From the NCBI GenBank assembly GCA_043228905.1, contig JBHGNT010000011.1, positions 21,266,001 through 21,330,000 on the forward strand: 64,000 nt of DNA, given 5' to 3'. The position numbers and the translations under genes were made by a program. The notes below the pieces were generated by a model. The model searched no databases. It saw nothing but the letters and a program-made list of their open reading frames with translations, and was not told the DNA's origin. Source of the stretch: Azolla caroliniana (taxonomy: Eukaryota; Plantae; Polypodiophyta). Numbering within the stretch: the stretch's first letter is position 1; each line of letters starts with the position of its first letter. Shown in pieces: positions 1 through 10,869 of the stretch.

Positions 1-3000
1 TATACAGCCGGCGAAGTCCGAGTCGGTGTAACCGACTACGCCTGAGGTTCGGTTCGGTCCGAAAAGAATGCCATGGTCTTTTGTGCCAACCAGATATCTG
101 AACACATGCTTGACTGCGTTCCAATGCGATCGGCCAGGGTTGTGCATAAATCTGCTAACGACTCCTACGGCATGAGAGATATCAGGCCGTGTCGCGACCA
201 TCAGGTACATAAGGGAGCCATCTGCCGGTGCATACGGTACCGACTTCATATCTTCCCCCTCCGAACCGGATGTCGGGCAGTCTCGCTGAGAGAGCCGAAG
301 ATTCATGGGGAGCGGGGTTGAAGCAGATTTGGCTGATTGCATGTTGAAGCGTTCCAAGACACGTCCGATATAGTCGGTCTGAGACAAAAAAAGATGTCGT
401 TTATCGCGATGCCGACTAATTTTCATGCCAAGGATGTGTCGTGCCGGACCGAGGTCCTTCATGGCAAACTTCAACCGCAGTTGCCGAACTAGATCGGAAA
501 GTTCGCCCGCGTGGCGTCCAGAAATTAGCATGTCGTCCACGTAAATGATGAGGAAGATGGGTGATCCATCTCGAGCTGTGTTGGTGAAGAGACAATGGTC
601 CTCATTGCTTTTGGAGAAGCCGATTGATTGGATGAAGTCGTCGAACTTCTTGTACCATTGTCGCGGTGCCTGTTTGAGGCCGTATAGACTCTTCCTGAGT
701 CGGCAGACTAGATGTTCTTGGCCAGTTGCCACGAAGCCTTTTGGCTGCTCCATATAAATTTCCTCCTCGAGATCACCATGGAGGAAGGCTGTTTTGACAT
801 CTAGCTGAATCAGCTCCAAGTTGTCGGCTGCCACGACGCCGAGCAGAAGACGAAGGGTTGTCATTTTCACCACTGGTGAAAAAATCTCGTCGAAGTCGAC
901 GCCATATTCTTGTCGGAAGCCCTTCGCAACTAATCTGGCCTTGTACTTTGGGGTGGTCGAATCAGACGTCTCTTTTAGTCGATAAACCCACTTGCAAGGA
1001 AGAGCACGTCGGTTCCTAGGTAATTCGACCAGATCCCAAGTCTTGTTTGCCCGGATGGAGTGCATTTCCGACTCCATCGCCAGATGCCAGGTGGCCGAAT
1101 CGACAGATGTCGATGCTTCTTCGTAAGACGTCGGTTCGCCGGCGTCGGTGAAGAAAATTCCAGGAGAATACCTCTCCGGAGGTTGCGACAGTCTCTCGGA
1201 TCGTCGAGGTATGATTGGACTGGTCGCATCGGGTATCGTGGTCGGATGGTCCGAAACCGAATCATTCGGCTGTGCCGAGTCAGAGTTGTCCGAGTCGGTA
1301 GTATAAGGTTCAGCTACCCGTGAAGCTGACCGTGTGTTGAGAGCGGGGCCTTCTTGAAGGGTCGGCACATCGGAGAATGTTACCCTTCGGACTTCGATCG
1401 GTTTGTCGACCGATGGATTCATAGCCGACTCGTTGAACACAACGTCCGAACTTCGAACGATTTGTCTGCGTTCGGGGTCCCAGAGTCGGTATCCCATTTC
1501 GCCGTCTGATCCATATCCAAGGAAAATGCATTTCCTGGACCGAGGTGCAAGTTTTCGGCGATCATCTTTCGGAATAAGGGCGTACGCCTCGCATCCGAAG
1601 ATCCTCAGCTTGTCGTAATTCGGCTTGCTGCCGATCCATAATTCCTGAGGAATTTGAAGTCCTAGAGGTCTACTTGGCGACATATTGATTATGTGTACTG
1701 CCGTGAGTAGAGCCTCTGCCCAGAAGCCATCCGACAGTCCGGAGTGTTGGAGCATGGAAACTGTCCGTTCTTGGATTGTCCGATTCATTCGTTCTGCAAT
1801 CCCGTTTTGCTCCGGACTGTGTGGTGCCGTAAGTTCACGTCGGATGCCGCGTTGTCGGCAGAATTTGACGAATTCTTCGGATTTAAACTCTCCCCCGTTG
1901 TCGGTTCGAAAGCATTTCAGCTTTCGGTCGGTTTGATTTTCCACCATAGCGAGCCAATCGGTGAAGATCGAGAAGGCACGATCTTTGGTGCGAATTGGAT
2001 AAGCCCACACCTTTCGAGTCGAATCGTCAATAAAACTGACGAAGTAAGAGGCACCGCCTAGAGACTGATGCGGCATTGGGCCACAGACGTCCGAATGGAC
2101 TAAATCAAGAGGTCTCGTTTCTCTTGGTGCTGATGTCGGGTGTGATGCGGCTGCTTGTTTGCCATACTGGCAATGCTCGCAGAATTGATGGTCGGAGAAG
2201 GAGAGTTTGGGAATGTATCCGGCTCTAGATAGGTGCGTGATGCCGGCCTTGCTGAGGTGTCCTAATCTTCGGTGCCATAATGATGACACAGGAATATCCA
2301 CCAAAAACAGGTTACCCTCTCTGAGCGTAACATGTAACGGATACAGTGAGTGTATCTTGGGTCCTCTAGCAAGCAGGAGGTTCCCCCTGTGGAGTGTCCA
2401 CCCTCCCGAAGAAAAACCGGCACGAATGCCGTCTTCATCTAGTTGTCCGACTGAGATCAATGGCCTTGAGAGCTCGGGTACATGTCGGACATTGTGGAGT
2501 ACAAGTGTAGAGCCACCTGCAAGGTTGAGCTCTACTGTGCCGATTCCAATGATGTCACAGTGTTGCGAGTTGCCGACCCGAACTGAGTCGGAGTGACGGA
2601 TCGTATATTGCCGAAATTGGGATCGATGAGGAGTCACGTGAAATGACGCGCCCGAATCTAAGAGCCATGTGCTCGATTCTTCAGTCGTGAGCAGAACTTC
2701 TGAGCCGACTGGATTTTCGATTGATAGTATATTCGGGTCGTCTGGTAGCACATCAGCTGAGAAGCTGACGTAATTGATCTCCTCATGCCGGCCACTCTTC
2801 TTGTTGTTCTTGTTCTTGAGTGCGCGGCAGTCGGCTTTGATGTGTCCGGGTTTCTTGCAATAGTTGCAGATTCGGTTATCCCGTGACTGGCTCCGTCTTC
2901 GCTGATTGTTCGGCGGTCGTGAGGAATCTCTTCCTCGTATGTTTGATCGGTCTGTCGAACCTTGTACTACGTAGGCGTCGTCTGTTGAGTCTTTGGCGAA

Positions 3001-3573
3001 AGACTTTCTCCGAGCTGCTTCGGTCAGGATTGCGCTCGTGACTTCGGAGTATTTAACAGCCGTGGTTGACGCGTTGCACACGGTTGTGACGAAAGTTTCC
3101 CATGATGGGGGAAGGCTGCTCATGAGTATCATTGCTCTGAGTTCATCCTCGATTGCCGTCCCCTGTGACGAGATTTGGGAGCTTATGCTTTCGTACTCAT
3201 TGAGGTGTGCTTGGACCGAGTCGGATTCTTTCATCCGCAAGTTGTAGAGGCGCCGGATCAGAAACATCTTCGTTGCGGCGACCTTCTTTTCGTAAGTGTC
3301 CGACAGTGTTTTCCACAGTTCGAATGCTGTTGTACACGATTGCACCGTGAAGTATACCGATTCCGATAGGTGCATCCGAATCGTGGCGCGGACGATTCTG
3401 TCCAGCTTCTGCCACTCAATTGGTTTGTATCCTTCTGGAGGTTCTTCATTTTCGATGGGATCGATTTGCCCCTTGACTATGAGATAGTCCTGCATTTGTT
3501 CCTTCCAGAAGTTGAAGTTCGATCCATCGAACTTGCGTAGACTCATTTCTGACGAGCCGGATGTTGATGCCAT
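1..3573 (-). CDS. Copia Gag-Pol polyprotein, apparently uninterrupted to the window edge
   Basis: Starts MASTSGSSEMSLRKFDGSNFNFWKEQM. Contains zinc knuckle CNYCKKPGHIKADC (~2830-2870), protease WLLDSGASFH (~2640-2670), LWHRRLGH (~2255-2280), LVHSDVCGP (~2080-2105), IYVDDML (~526-546) and RNase H GYTDSDFAG (7-33). ATG 3573 and the last codon (3-1) are in the same frame, and the ORF track shows no stop-terminated ORF in that frame. Confidence 0.9.
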   Translation of the reverse strand, partial: MASTSGSSEMSLRKFDGSNFNFWKEQMQDYLIVKGQIDPIENEEPPEGYKPIEWQKLDRIVRATIRMHLSESVYFTVQSCTTAFELWKTLSDTYEKKVAATKMFLIRRLYNLRMKESDSVQAHLNEYESISSQISSQGTAIEDELRAMILMSSLPPSWETFVTTVCNASTTAVKYSEVTSAILTEAARRKSFAKDSTDDAYVVQGSTDRSNIRGRDSSRPPNNQRRRSQSRDNRICNYCKKPGHIKADCRALKNKNNKKSGRHEEINYVSFSADVLPDDPNILSIENPVGSEVLLTTEESSTWLLDSGASFHVTPHRSQFRQYTIRHSDSVRVGNSQHCDIIGIGTVELNLAGGSTLVLHNVRHVPELSRPLISVGQLDEDGIRAGFSSGGWTLHRGNLLLARGPKIHSLYPLHVTLREGNLFLVDIPVSSLWHRRLGHLSKAGITHLSRAGYIPKLSFSDHQFCEHCQYGKQAAASHPTSAPRETRPLDLVHSDVCGPMPHQSLGGASYFVSFIDDSTRKVWAYPIRTKDRAFSIFTDWLAMVENQTDRKLKCFRTDNGGEFKSEEFVKFCRQRGIRRELTAPHSPEQNGIAERMNRTIQERTVSMLQHSGLSDGFWAEALLTAVHIINMSPSRPLGLQIPQELWIGSKPNYDKLRIFGCEAYALIPKDDRRKLAPRSRKCIFLGYGSDGEMGYRLWDPERRQIVRSSDVVFNESAMNPSVDKPIEVRRVTFSDVPTLQEGPALNTRSASRVAEPYTTDSDNSDSAQPNDSVSDHPTTIPDATSPIIPRRSERLSQPPERYSPGIFFTDAGEPTSYEEASTSVDSATWHLAMESEMHSIRANKTWDLVELPRNRRALPCKWVYRLKETSDSTTPKYKARLVAKGFRQEYGVDFDEIFSPVVKMTTLRLLLGVVAADNLELIQLDVKTAFLHGDLEEEIYMEQPKGFVATGQEHLVCRLRKSLYGLKQAPRQWYKKFDDFIQSIGFSKSNEDHCLFTNTARDGSPIFLIIYVDDMLISGRHAGELSDLVRQLRLKFAMKDLGPARHILGMKISRHRDKRHLFLSQTDYIGRVLERFNMQSAKSASTPLPMNLRLSQRDCPTSGSEGEDMKSVPYAPADGSLMYLMVATRPDISHAVGVVSRFMHNPGRSHWNAVKHVFRYLVGTKDHGILFGPNRTSGVVGYTDSDFAGCI

Positions 3574-4223
3574 CAAATTCGGTTTTGGTTGACGAAGCTC
3601 GGTTCGGAGTTGACTGTGAACCTTGTTGGAGTGCAGCCGGTTGGCTCACCCGATATCGTTCTAGTCGGATTTGAACCCGAGTCGGTTCGGCTTCGGAACT
3701 TGCTCGAATTGACTCCGGTAGCTTGAGGGACAGAACCGACTGGTCTTCCCGAATGTTGCCGAGTCGGAGTGAGCCCGGTTCGCTTCGGATATATGTGCCG
3801 AATACCGATTATTGAAACCGATTATCTGAACCGATTCTGCTTCGGGTGGCTGCAGCGACGAGAGAGACAGATCCAACTGATCCTCTCGAATGTCAATTAG
3901 CCGGATGAAGCACGAATTGGGGTTGTTGTCTTGAGACCGATCTGCACCGAGTGGTTACAACGAGCAGCGTTTGGAGACCTCTTCGGATGCCGTTTAACCG
4001 AATGGAGCACGATCGTGTCAATGATGCACAAGGGGATTTCACCTCGAGCGGTTACGATCACAAGGAGGGAAGTACAACCTGCTGGCTTACTCCAAGCAAA
4101 GATGATCTAACGCGATGAGATGCAAACCTGTTTTTCTTCTTCTTCTCTCTTCTTCGAATGACGCAGGAAACCGAATGCAGAGACGACGGCCGACAGCGGA
4201 TTGAAGGACCGACTACTGTGCAG

Positions 4224-4235
4224 GCTCTGATACCA
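4224..4235 (-). promoter_or_regulatory. Primer binding site, initiator tRNA-Met
   Basis: TGGTATCAGAGC on the minus strand, 2 nt from the LTR end. Confidence 0.95.
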
Positions 4236-4237
4236 GA

Positions 4238-4466
4238 TGTTGGAAGCAATGTCGTCTGTGCGGAAGATCGAGAAGCACTCGATTCCTGTTTATTCCCTGT
4301 GTATGACAGAATGTAGGTCGTTGCACAGAGAGAGAGAGAGAGAGAGAGACACAAAAGTACTTCTTATTTCATAAAGCAACAATACAACAACCAACCTCAC
4401 AAAGAGGTTACAAGGTCACTATATATAGTGACCGACTTAGGGCAACTACCCTTTATGCTAATTACA
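4238..4466 (-). repeat. Short 5' LTR of the copia element
   Basis: TGT...ACA ends and an adjacent PBS. The TATA lies inside a 20-bp palindrome (4414-4433). Right boundary inferred from where the interrupted ORF resumes. Confidence 0.7.
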
Positions 4467-4469
4467 TAA

Positions 4470-7193
4470 ATGGCCGAGACGGGATGGTGTGAATACGTCC
4501 ATTATACACATGTATTCGACAGTACAGCCACACAAAGAAGCCGACAAAGTGATCAAAGAAATCGACACAGAGGTCATAACGGCAGAGGCGATTCAAGCGT
4601 TAACAAGCCTTACGGAGGGAGGCATACTCACGATCGACAATCCAACCCCGGAGCAACTCATCAGGTATTTTGGTGAGTACTCTCTAGCCAGCAAGGGCTA
4701 CCGGACACAGGGCGGCGGAGATATGTTGTTCCGCGAGATTGCTCGTGTGCTCCACGAATACGACCACGTGTACCCTAGACCCCCTGTCATGCCGCAGAAC
4801 CGGGCAGGGATGATCATCGCCACCTATGAAGGGATCAAGGTGGATTGGCCGGTATTGATCGCAGACGGGTTGTGTGCGGCGATCGAGATTGTCAGAGGCA
4901 AAGACGACAAAGAAGGCCGAGACGGACGGAGGATATGGCACGCCGTAACGCAGTGGCTCACCTTGCATGTGCCACCTGTCCAGCCCGTCCAGCCCAAGAA
5001 GCGAGGAAGAGTGGCGGACGGCACCCCAAAGACGGCTTCCAAACGACAACACCTGTTGGCCTCTAAGGCCAGTAAGGGAAAGGCGGCGGATGCAGAACAG
5101 GCGGCAGCCGGAAGTGCCCAACGGAGGCGCAGGAGGAACCACCGGCACGGCCCGTAAAGGTTACACTCCGCCGACCGGTGAATAAAGAAGCGGACCCCTT
5201 GGCGGCAAAACTCAATGCCGGGGCTCAGGAAGAGGAAATAGAGGAGGAGCCTACGGAGCACCTCCAACGACGGTCGTCGGCAAGGACCGTTGAGGCAACC
5301 GGGAAACGGCTCCCCATACTGAGACTCCCACGCCAAGGAACGAACCGGAACCGGTGCGCATGGCACCGGACTCAGAAGCCCCGGCACCACCGGCAAGTCC
5401 CATCCCGCCAGAGCCGGAAAGGTCAATGCAGCCTCCCTCGGCCAGCCCAGAAGAAGCGCAAGGGGAATCAGGATAGCAGGGTGGTCCACGGGCAGAAACA
5501 GAACTGCAACTCGGCACAACCAGGTGGGACCACCCATCTACAAGTGAGCCCATCTGTCAAACCTCCGTGCAAACACAACAAGGCACCGGTAGCCTGTGGG
5601 TCTGGTGGATAGGCGAACAGATAGCCGGAGCAGTGGGGTACATTGAGGCGGAAGAAAGAGCGCAAAGCGAACGGTTGCTCGTCACAACCGAACAACTAGA
5701 GATGGCCAAAATGGATCAGGTGCCTTGAAAAAGACTTGGATCAGGTCACGACAGAGATGGCCAAAATGGCCTTAACGGCAACATAGATCCAATCACCGGT
5801 GACTCTGGTAAGTGTACAGAATAAAGAAACGGATCGACCTGTACATAGCAATAAGACCCCGGCAACGGAAACCGTTCCCGCAAGAGATGCGGCGCAAGCC
5901 CAGGAGCTTGCGGAAGCGAGAGATGCGGCGCAAGCCCAGGAGCTTGCCGCACAAGAAGTGCTAAGGAGCCGCGAACGAGAATTGAAGACAGCGGCCGAAG
6001 CCAAATTAAAGAAGACTGTTGAGAACCTCCGCCGGGCAGAGGAGAGCCTCCGGAAAGGCCATCAAGCGTACGACCTGCTAAAGGAGGAGAAAGACAAAGT
6101 GCTGTAGGAAAAGGACAAGTTGCGGAAAACTGCGGAAACAGAGATTGAACGGCTAAAGGAAGAGCTCAGCCAGCAGAAGGACTTCGAGGACCGGGCCCAT
6201 CGACAGATCAACGCACGGCTCAAGCAAAAGACAGATGATTTTGAGCACCTACACCGGGACTACAAACGGCTGGAAACGGATCATAAGGAACGGATGGCCG
6301 AGCTCCAGCAGGAAGTTGATCGGGCCGCGACGGCAATCGCCGACGAACGTGCGGAAAATACAAGACGCTTGGACGAGGCGAAGAAGGTCCGGATGGAGCT
6401 CCAGAGGTAGCAACAGGAAGATAAAGAGAGAGCGTCAACAATATTGCAAAAATTACAAAGCACATATCAAAGGCAATTGACGCATTACAAGGCGTAGGCG
6501 GAAGACAATGTAAAAATCATCAAGCAACTGAAGGAGGAACGGCAAGCGGCGGAAACCAAATCGCAATTGGGAACGAACCGGATTCAGTCCATCCTCCGGG
6601 CATGGCTGAATCAGACAAAACACTTGATTGATGAAAGCTCCGTAAAATGGTGGACAAAGTGGGCACAAAACGCAGCGGAACTCCAGTTGCTACGGGCAGA
6701 CATGGCAAACCGGCGGAAGGAAGGAGATGATTGTTATACGTTGACTTCTGAGGACTTCACCGCCATACGGGACGAGCTGGCCGACGACTTCCAAGTCCTG
6801 GCGGATGAACAGCTAGCGCAGGTCAGGCAGCTCGTAGCTCAGCTAGACGATGATAGGCTGGACGCTCAAATCCAGTTTGAAAGCTACGAGCGATCCCGGG
6901 TTCGGGAAGAAAAAGCACGGGAAGCGGCAACAGTTAACCTTAGTGATGAGGAACCGTCGCCGGCTGAGGGCCAGCCGGGAACCAGTCAACCGGAGACCAC
7001 TACGATGAAGGGAGCAACGACGGAGATGCCGGTGTCAGGGCAACAAACGGAGGAGCAACCGCAACAGCCACCAACGGACCCGCCGCAGCAGACATCAACA
7101 GAGCAGCAACAACAACAAAAACAACAACCACTTCCAAATGAACCATTGGAGCCTCTCGAACAAAGCATTCTGGATATTTTGGACGAAGAATAG
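4470..7193 (+). pseudogene. Degraded retrotransposon-associated ORF of unknown function (globular N-domain, Ala/Pro/Glu linker, long coiled coil, Q/P/E tail)
   Basis: ORF pieces 4489-5157, 5178-, 5799-6107, 6120-6410 and 6567-7193 are joined by frameshifts and TAG stops. EKL-rich heptad-like region; followed by an LTR. Confidence 0.7.
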
Positions 7194-7247
7194 CAAGGGT
7201 CGGTTGTGGATTCTACGTACAAGGTACTGTCCCACGGGCGTGCCATG

Positions 7248-7616
7248 TGTTACCGGCCGGCAAAGGAGTCCAGAGTGGGAAACGGAGAGTTATTTAAGTA
7301 GTAGGAATGTGGTTGTAATTAAGTTATGAGTGTGGACGGACGGACCGGAATCGGTATGCTGTTCCGGATCCGGACCGATCCCGAACAGGTGCGGATGGCA
7401 CCGTTTTGTAATACAGACCGGAAACCTATTTAAAGGCCCGGACACAATGTAATGAATAGCGGTTAATTAATGAAAGCTTAGCGTTGTTATCTCTCTATGC
7501 TAATTGCCGTTCTGTCTTAATTGTTATATCTTACGTGTGTGATTAGGAAAGACGATCATGCTTAGTAACTTAATTAAGTCGGAGTAAGCGTTGAGTCTAA
7601 TCTGGTTGCCGTAACA
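7248..7616 (+). repeat. LTR (TGTTAC...GTAACA), probably the 3' LTR of the ORF-bearing element
   Basis: 6-bp terminal inverted repeat and an internal TATTTAAAGG; starts 55 bp after the ORF stop. No clear PPT. Confidence 0.65.
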
Positions 7617-7931
7617 CCCTTTGGTGAAGTGTCTTCCGTAGACACCCTGTGTTAGGCCATTGTCCGGCCCTAAGAGTTAACAACTATTAAAAGGACTAAA
7701 TGCATGCACAAACTCCTAGATCAAGAACACGCGACACCACGATGGCTCACCGCCCAATGAACCCTAAGCCATAAAAAGAAGGAAATAGAAGATCTTCTGC
7801 ACAAAATAGAAACCCACCTTCTAACTATCAGCGCTCCCATCGCTCCTCCCCCTCACCTTTTCCTCCATCCTATCACAAAGCTCCAACCCCACTGCAACCA
7901 CCAGTCTCCCCCCCACGAACCTACTCTTGCG

Positions 7932-8432
7932 ATGCCGATCTTCATCTCTACTGCCTTACGCCGATGGCTAATGGAGAAACGCTTGGATGGGTACATCCGG
8001 GTCGCAGAAGCACCCCCACACCCGGATGCCATGGACATCGCTAGAAAGCTTAACATCGACACGGTCACCAACTCTTCCATCCGGAAAAAGTTGGACCTGT
8101 CATCGCTAGGTGAAAGGCATTTCGAAATCCCTCCTGCAGAGGCGTTGTAGAGATATTTCAGGCCATATTCCTCCTCAACCAAGGCCTATAGAACGAAGCA
8201 GATCCCGGATCCCTTCTTTCGTGAAGTCGCCAAGTTCCTGTTAGAGGTCGGTTGCATACACGTCAACGCATATGGGATGCCCAAGCAGAAGGCGGGTATC
8301 ATTATTGATACCTTTGAAGGGCGTGCGGTTGATTGGGGGGTCATCACAGGGCCGACGTTAAGGGAAGGCCTGCATGCGTATCAGGCAGGCAAGAAGCTCA
8401 AGCCGATCATACAACAGTACCTTACGGTTTAG
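7932..8432 (+). pseudogene. Second, diverged copy of the N-terminal domain of the 4470-7193 ORF
   Basis: Reading through TAG 8148-8150 gives RYFRPYSSSTKAYRT...FFREVAKFL...MPKQKAGIIIDTFEGRAVDW, which aligns with RYFGEYSLASKGYRT...LFREIARVL...MPQNRAGMIIATYEGIKVDW. Confidence 0.8.
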
Positions 8433-8538
8433 GGTTTGCCTTACGGCTTTGCAAGGAGTGCGGGTCGATATACTGCTCGAATACGGAGCATGTCCACTCT
8501 TGATAGCAATGGCCCCCCCCGAACCCATTACTACAGTA

Positions 8539-8604
8539 GATGTAACCAGGACTTCCCGGGAGGTCACCCATCCTAGTACTGTTCTAGCTCAAGCACGCTT
8601 AACT
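8539..8604 (-). other. 5S rRNA-derived fragment (3' half with internal Pol III control region); not a full 5S gene
   Basis: Minus strand AGTTAAGCGTGCTTGAGCTAGAACAGTACTAGGATGGGTGACCTCCCGGGAAGTCCTGGTTACATC matches the 3' half of plant 5S rRNA. The 5' half is absent. Confidence 0.9.
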
Positions 8605-8799
8605 TGCAATGCTTGAAGCATCCAAACAACCACAAAACTCATGGCATGTGAGTTGCCAAGGTAGGTAGGAATGTGCTACACATTGATCCCCGACAAGTGG
8701 TTGGCGGTCACCCGTACTGTTGCAACCTTCATCATAAAGGCGTAATGGTATGCCATATATTCATCATAGCTATTAGAGACATGTACTAAACTAAGCATT

Positions 8800-9836
8800 A
8801 GATAAGGATAGATCTAGGTAGATAGAAAGAAAGTGGAATGCACAATCCTTCCACTTGTGAACACGAACGTGTTTCAAATGTATGCATAGGTTTGATTGCG
8901 AGAAGGTCATTGAAGATAGTAAACAAACGCACTTGAGCATGAATTTTAAACGAGCGCCCATGTATTCCAAGATGGTTGAGAATATGTTACAAATGACAAA
9001 GACACAATATGGTGCCACACTAGAATGCAAATGGAAAGCTTTTAAGAATGTCATTCTCTCTTGTACAAACAAATGTTTTTCGACCAACCGCACATCAGGG
9101 AAATGCACCAAGAAATGTAATAAAAAATGGTTTGATAAAGAATGTCATGAAGCTCGAAAGTGCCTTATGGTTTTGGATGTAGTTAAGGATAAAGAAAATT
9201 ACCAAAAGCATTTGCATGACTATAAAAGGCTTATTCAAAGAAAGAGACGAATATGGGAAGTTACTCAACAACGTCTTCATGGAGATTGATGCGTTATCTA
9301 AAGGGGAAACGTGTTGAGAGTTATGGTGACTTAACTCTTCATGACTTGTCTATGCATTGCAAGAATTTATATGCGTTATCTCTTGCTGGAAAGATAACGA
9401 AGCCGTACACATCGATACATGTTAGAGCCCATCCCAATATCTGCCATTCGAACCATTGCTTCCATGTGACTTAGCTCGCACGCATTGAGATGTGAGACGG
9501 GGCATTGGGCCACACGTGATGAGAGTGGTCGACTATGCACACTTTGCCCTAAACAAGTTCAAGAGTCTAAGTATTACACTTTGATACAATGCTCTGCCTT
9601 TGATCATATTCGACCATGCTTTCTACATCTCTTCGATTGAGCCCAATCCTTGCACGAATTTCTCTCACAACCACAATGTGCACTCTCGATTGCAACATTC
9701 ATCGGTAAAGTTCTTGAACATCAAGAGTCACTACTCACCTTCACACATATCACATGAAATGTAATATTTTTGCTCTCATAGGTCATATTTGACCTCCAAA
9801 GACGATAATATAATCTATCTATCTATCTATCTCTCT
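8800..9836 (+). mobile_element. Internally deleted non-LTR retrotransposon (LINE, probably not L1) with microsatellite tail
   Basis: KKWFDKECHEARK post-endonuclease motif; C-terminal RLCTLCP...ES..TLIQC zinc-finger remnant (~9530-9595); 3' hairpin and (ATCT)n tail. No RT core between them. Confidence 0.65.
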
Positions 9837-9894
9837 CTTACACATAAACACACATATCCCTTCCGCTGCACAGAATCATTCCCGATTCTTTACA

Positions 9895-9905
9895 TGGTAT
9901 TAGAG
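9895..9905 (+). other. Degenerate tRNA-Met PBS after an LTR-end-like TTACA
   Basis: ttaca-TGGTATTAGAG, one mismatch to TGGTATCAGAG. Confidence 0.45.
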
Positions 9906-10069
9906 TGATTGGTAGTGTGATCCAAGCCCATCTATGTGTGTTATTTCTAAGGACACGTTCACGAAGAACCGACCGATCGCTATAGCAACGACCTGCACTG
10001 TCGGATAGACTGAAATGCCAAAGAAGTCGTTGTAGAAGAACCTCAAACCCAATACCCCTCAAGCAAGAA

Positions 10070-10170
10070 GAGAAAAGAAAGAAAGAAAGATATATTAACG
10101 TCTTCTAAGGCCAAATTTTGGCCCATGAGACAATTGGTGTACAATAAAATAGGTTGTCTACCCAATCATC
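10070..10170 (-). mobile_element. 3' end of a related LINE/SINE in the opposite orientation
   Basis: Reverse-complement similarity to 9770-9830, with a (CTTT)n tail; close copies at 44357-44470 and 44585-44660. Confidence 0.55.
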
Positions 10171-10869
10171 AAAAACAAATAAAAATAAAAAACTCACACT
10201 CACACAAACCAAAACTCTCGTAGAAGAAGAACCCTTAACCTTCCCAACTAATAGAGAAGAAGCAAGCAAACTCAACCCTAAGTCCTCTCGTAGGAGAACA
10301 CCAACCCTAAAATGAAGAAGAAGAAGATGGGAAAGAACTCCATAACCCTAAACCCAAGAGGAAGTCGAAGGAAAGAAAACTACGGAAACCCTAATGGTGC
10401 TATCCCCAAACAACAAAATGGTCATTCCGAAATAAGCCCTTTGCCCTTTTTATAGAGGAAATGAGGCACCTATATTAGGCATTTAACAAATTTAATATTC
10501 CCTTGGCCCAAAAGCAAAGGGAATAAATTTTAAAATGCTCCTTAAATTGCAGTAGCAAATACTCAAACTTTGCACCTGTCTATCTAAACTTAATGGCCTT
10601 AACCACTAAGGCATTGCCCCTTATTTATTATTTTCTTGTTTTACATCTATTCGTGAAATGTGCATGTATTCCCACTTTTTCTCGTTTTCTCTCACTTGAC
10701 ATGCCACATCACGATGACGTAAGTCCTTTTCCTTGCAAACATATGTGTCCTAAAGCTCCACCATAATGTCCATCGCTTTCATAACCGCTTCACACACATC
10801 TAGATCTTCTTGGAAGGTTATTTGCAATACATGTGCTTTGTTTGTTTCTCAAGAAAACTGGTAATTGCT

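Larger units (their letters stand above)
1..4466 (-). mobile_element. Ty1/copia LTR retrotransposon (Tork/Tnt1-like); 3' part runs off the left edge
   Basis: 5' LTR 4238-4466 (TGT...ACA), tRNA-Met PBS, and a gag-pol in copia order GAG-PR-INT-RT-RH. Confidence 0.95.

Noticed and set aside
73-3487. Many plus-strand ORFs
   Set aside because: Antisense shadows of the copia gag-pol
6100-6500. Stop readthrough or U-to-C editing restoring the ORF
   Set aside because: Such editing is organellar, and frameshifts in the same ORF indicate decay
7622-7640. TGGTGAAGTG after the 7248-7616 LTR as a PBS
   Set aside because: I cannot match it to a tRNA 3' end
8539-8604. Functional 5S rRNA gene
   Set aside because: 5' half missing, substitutions present, no array
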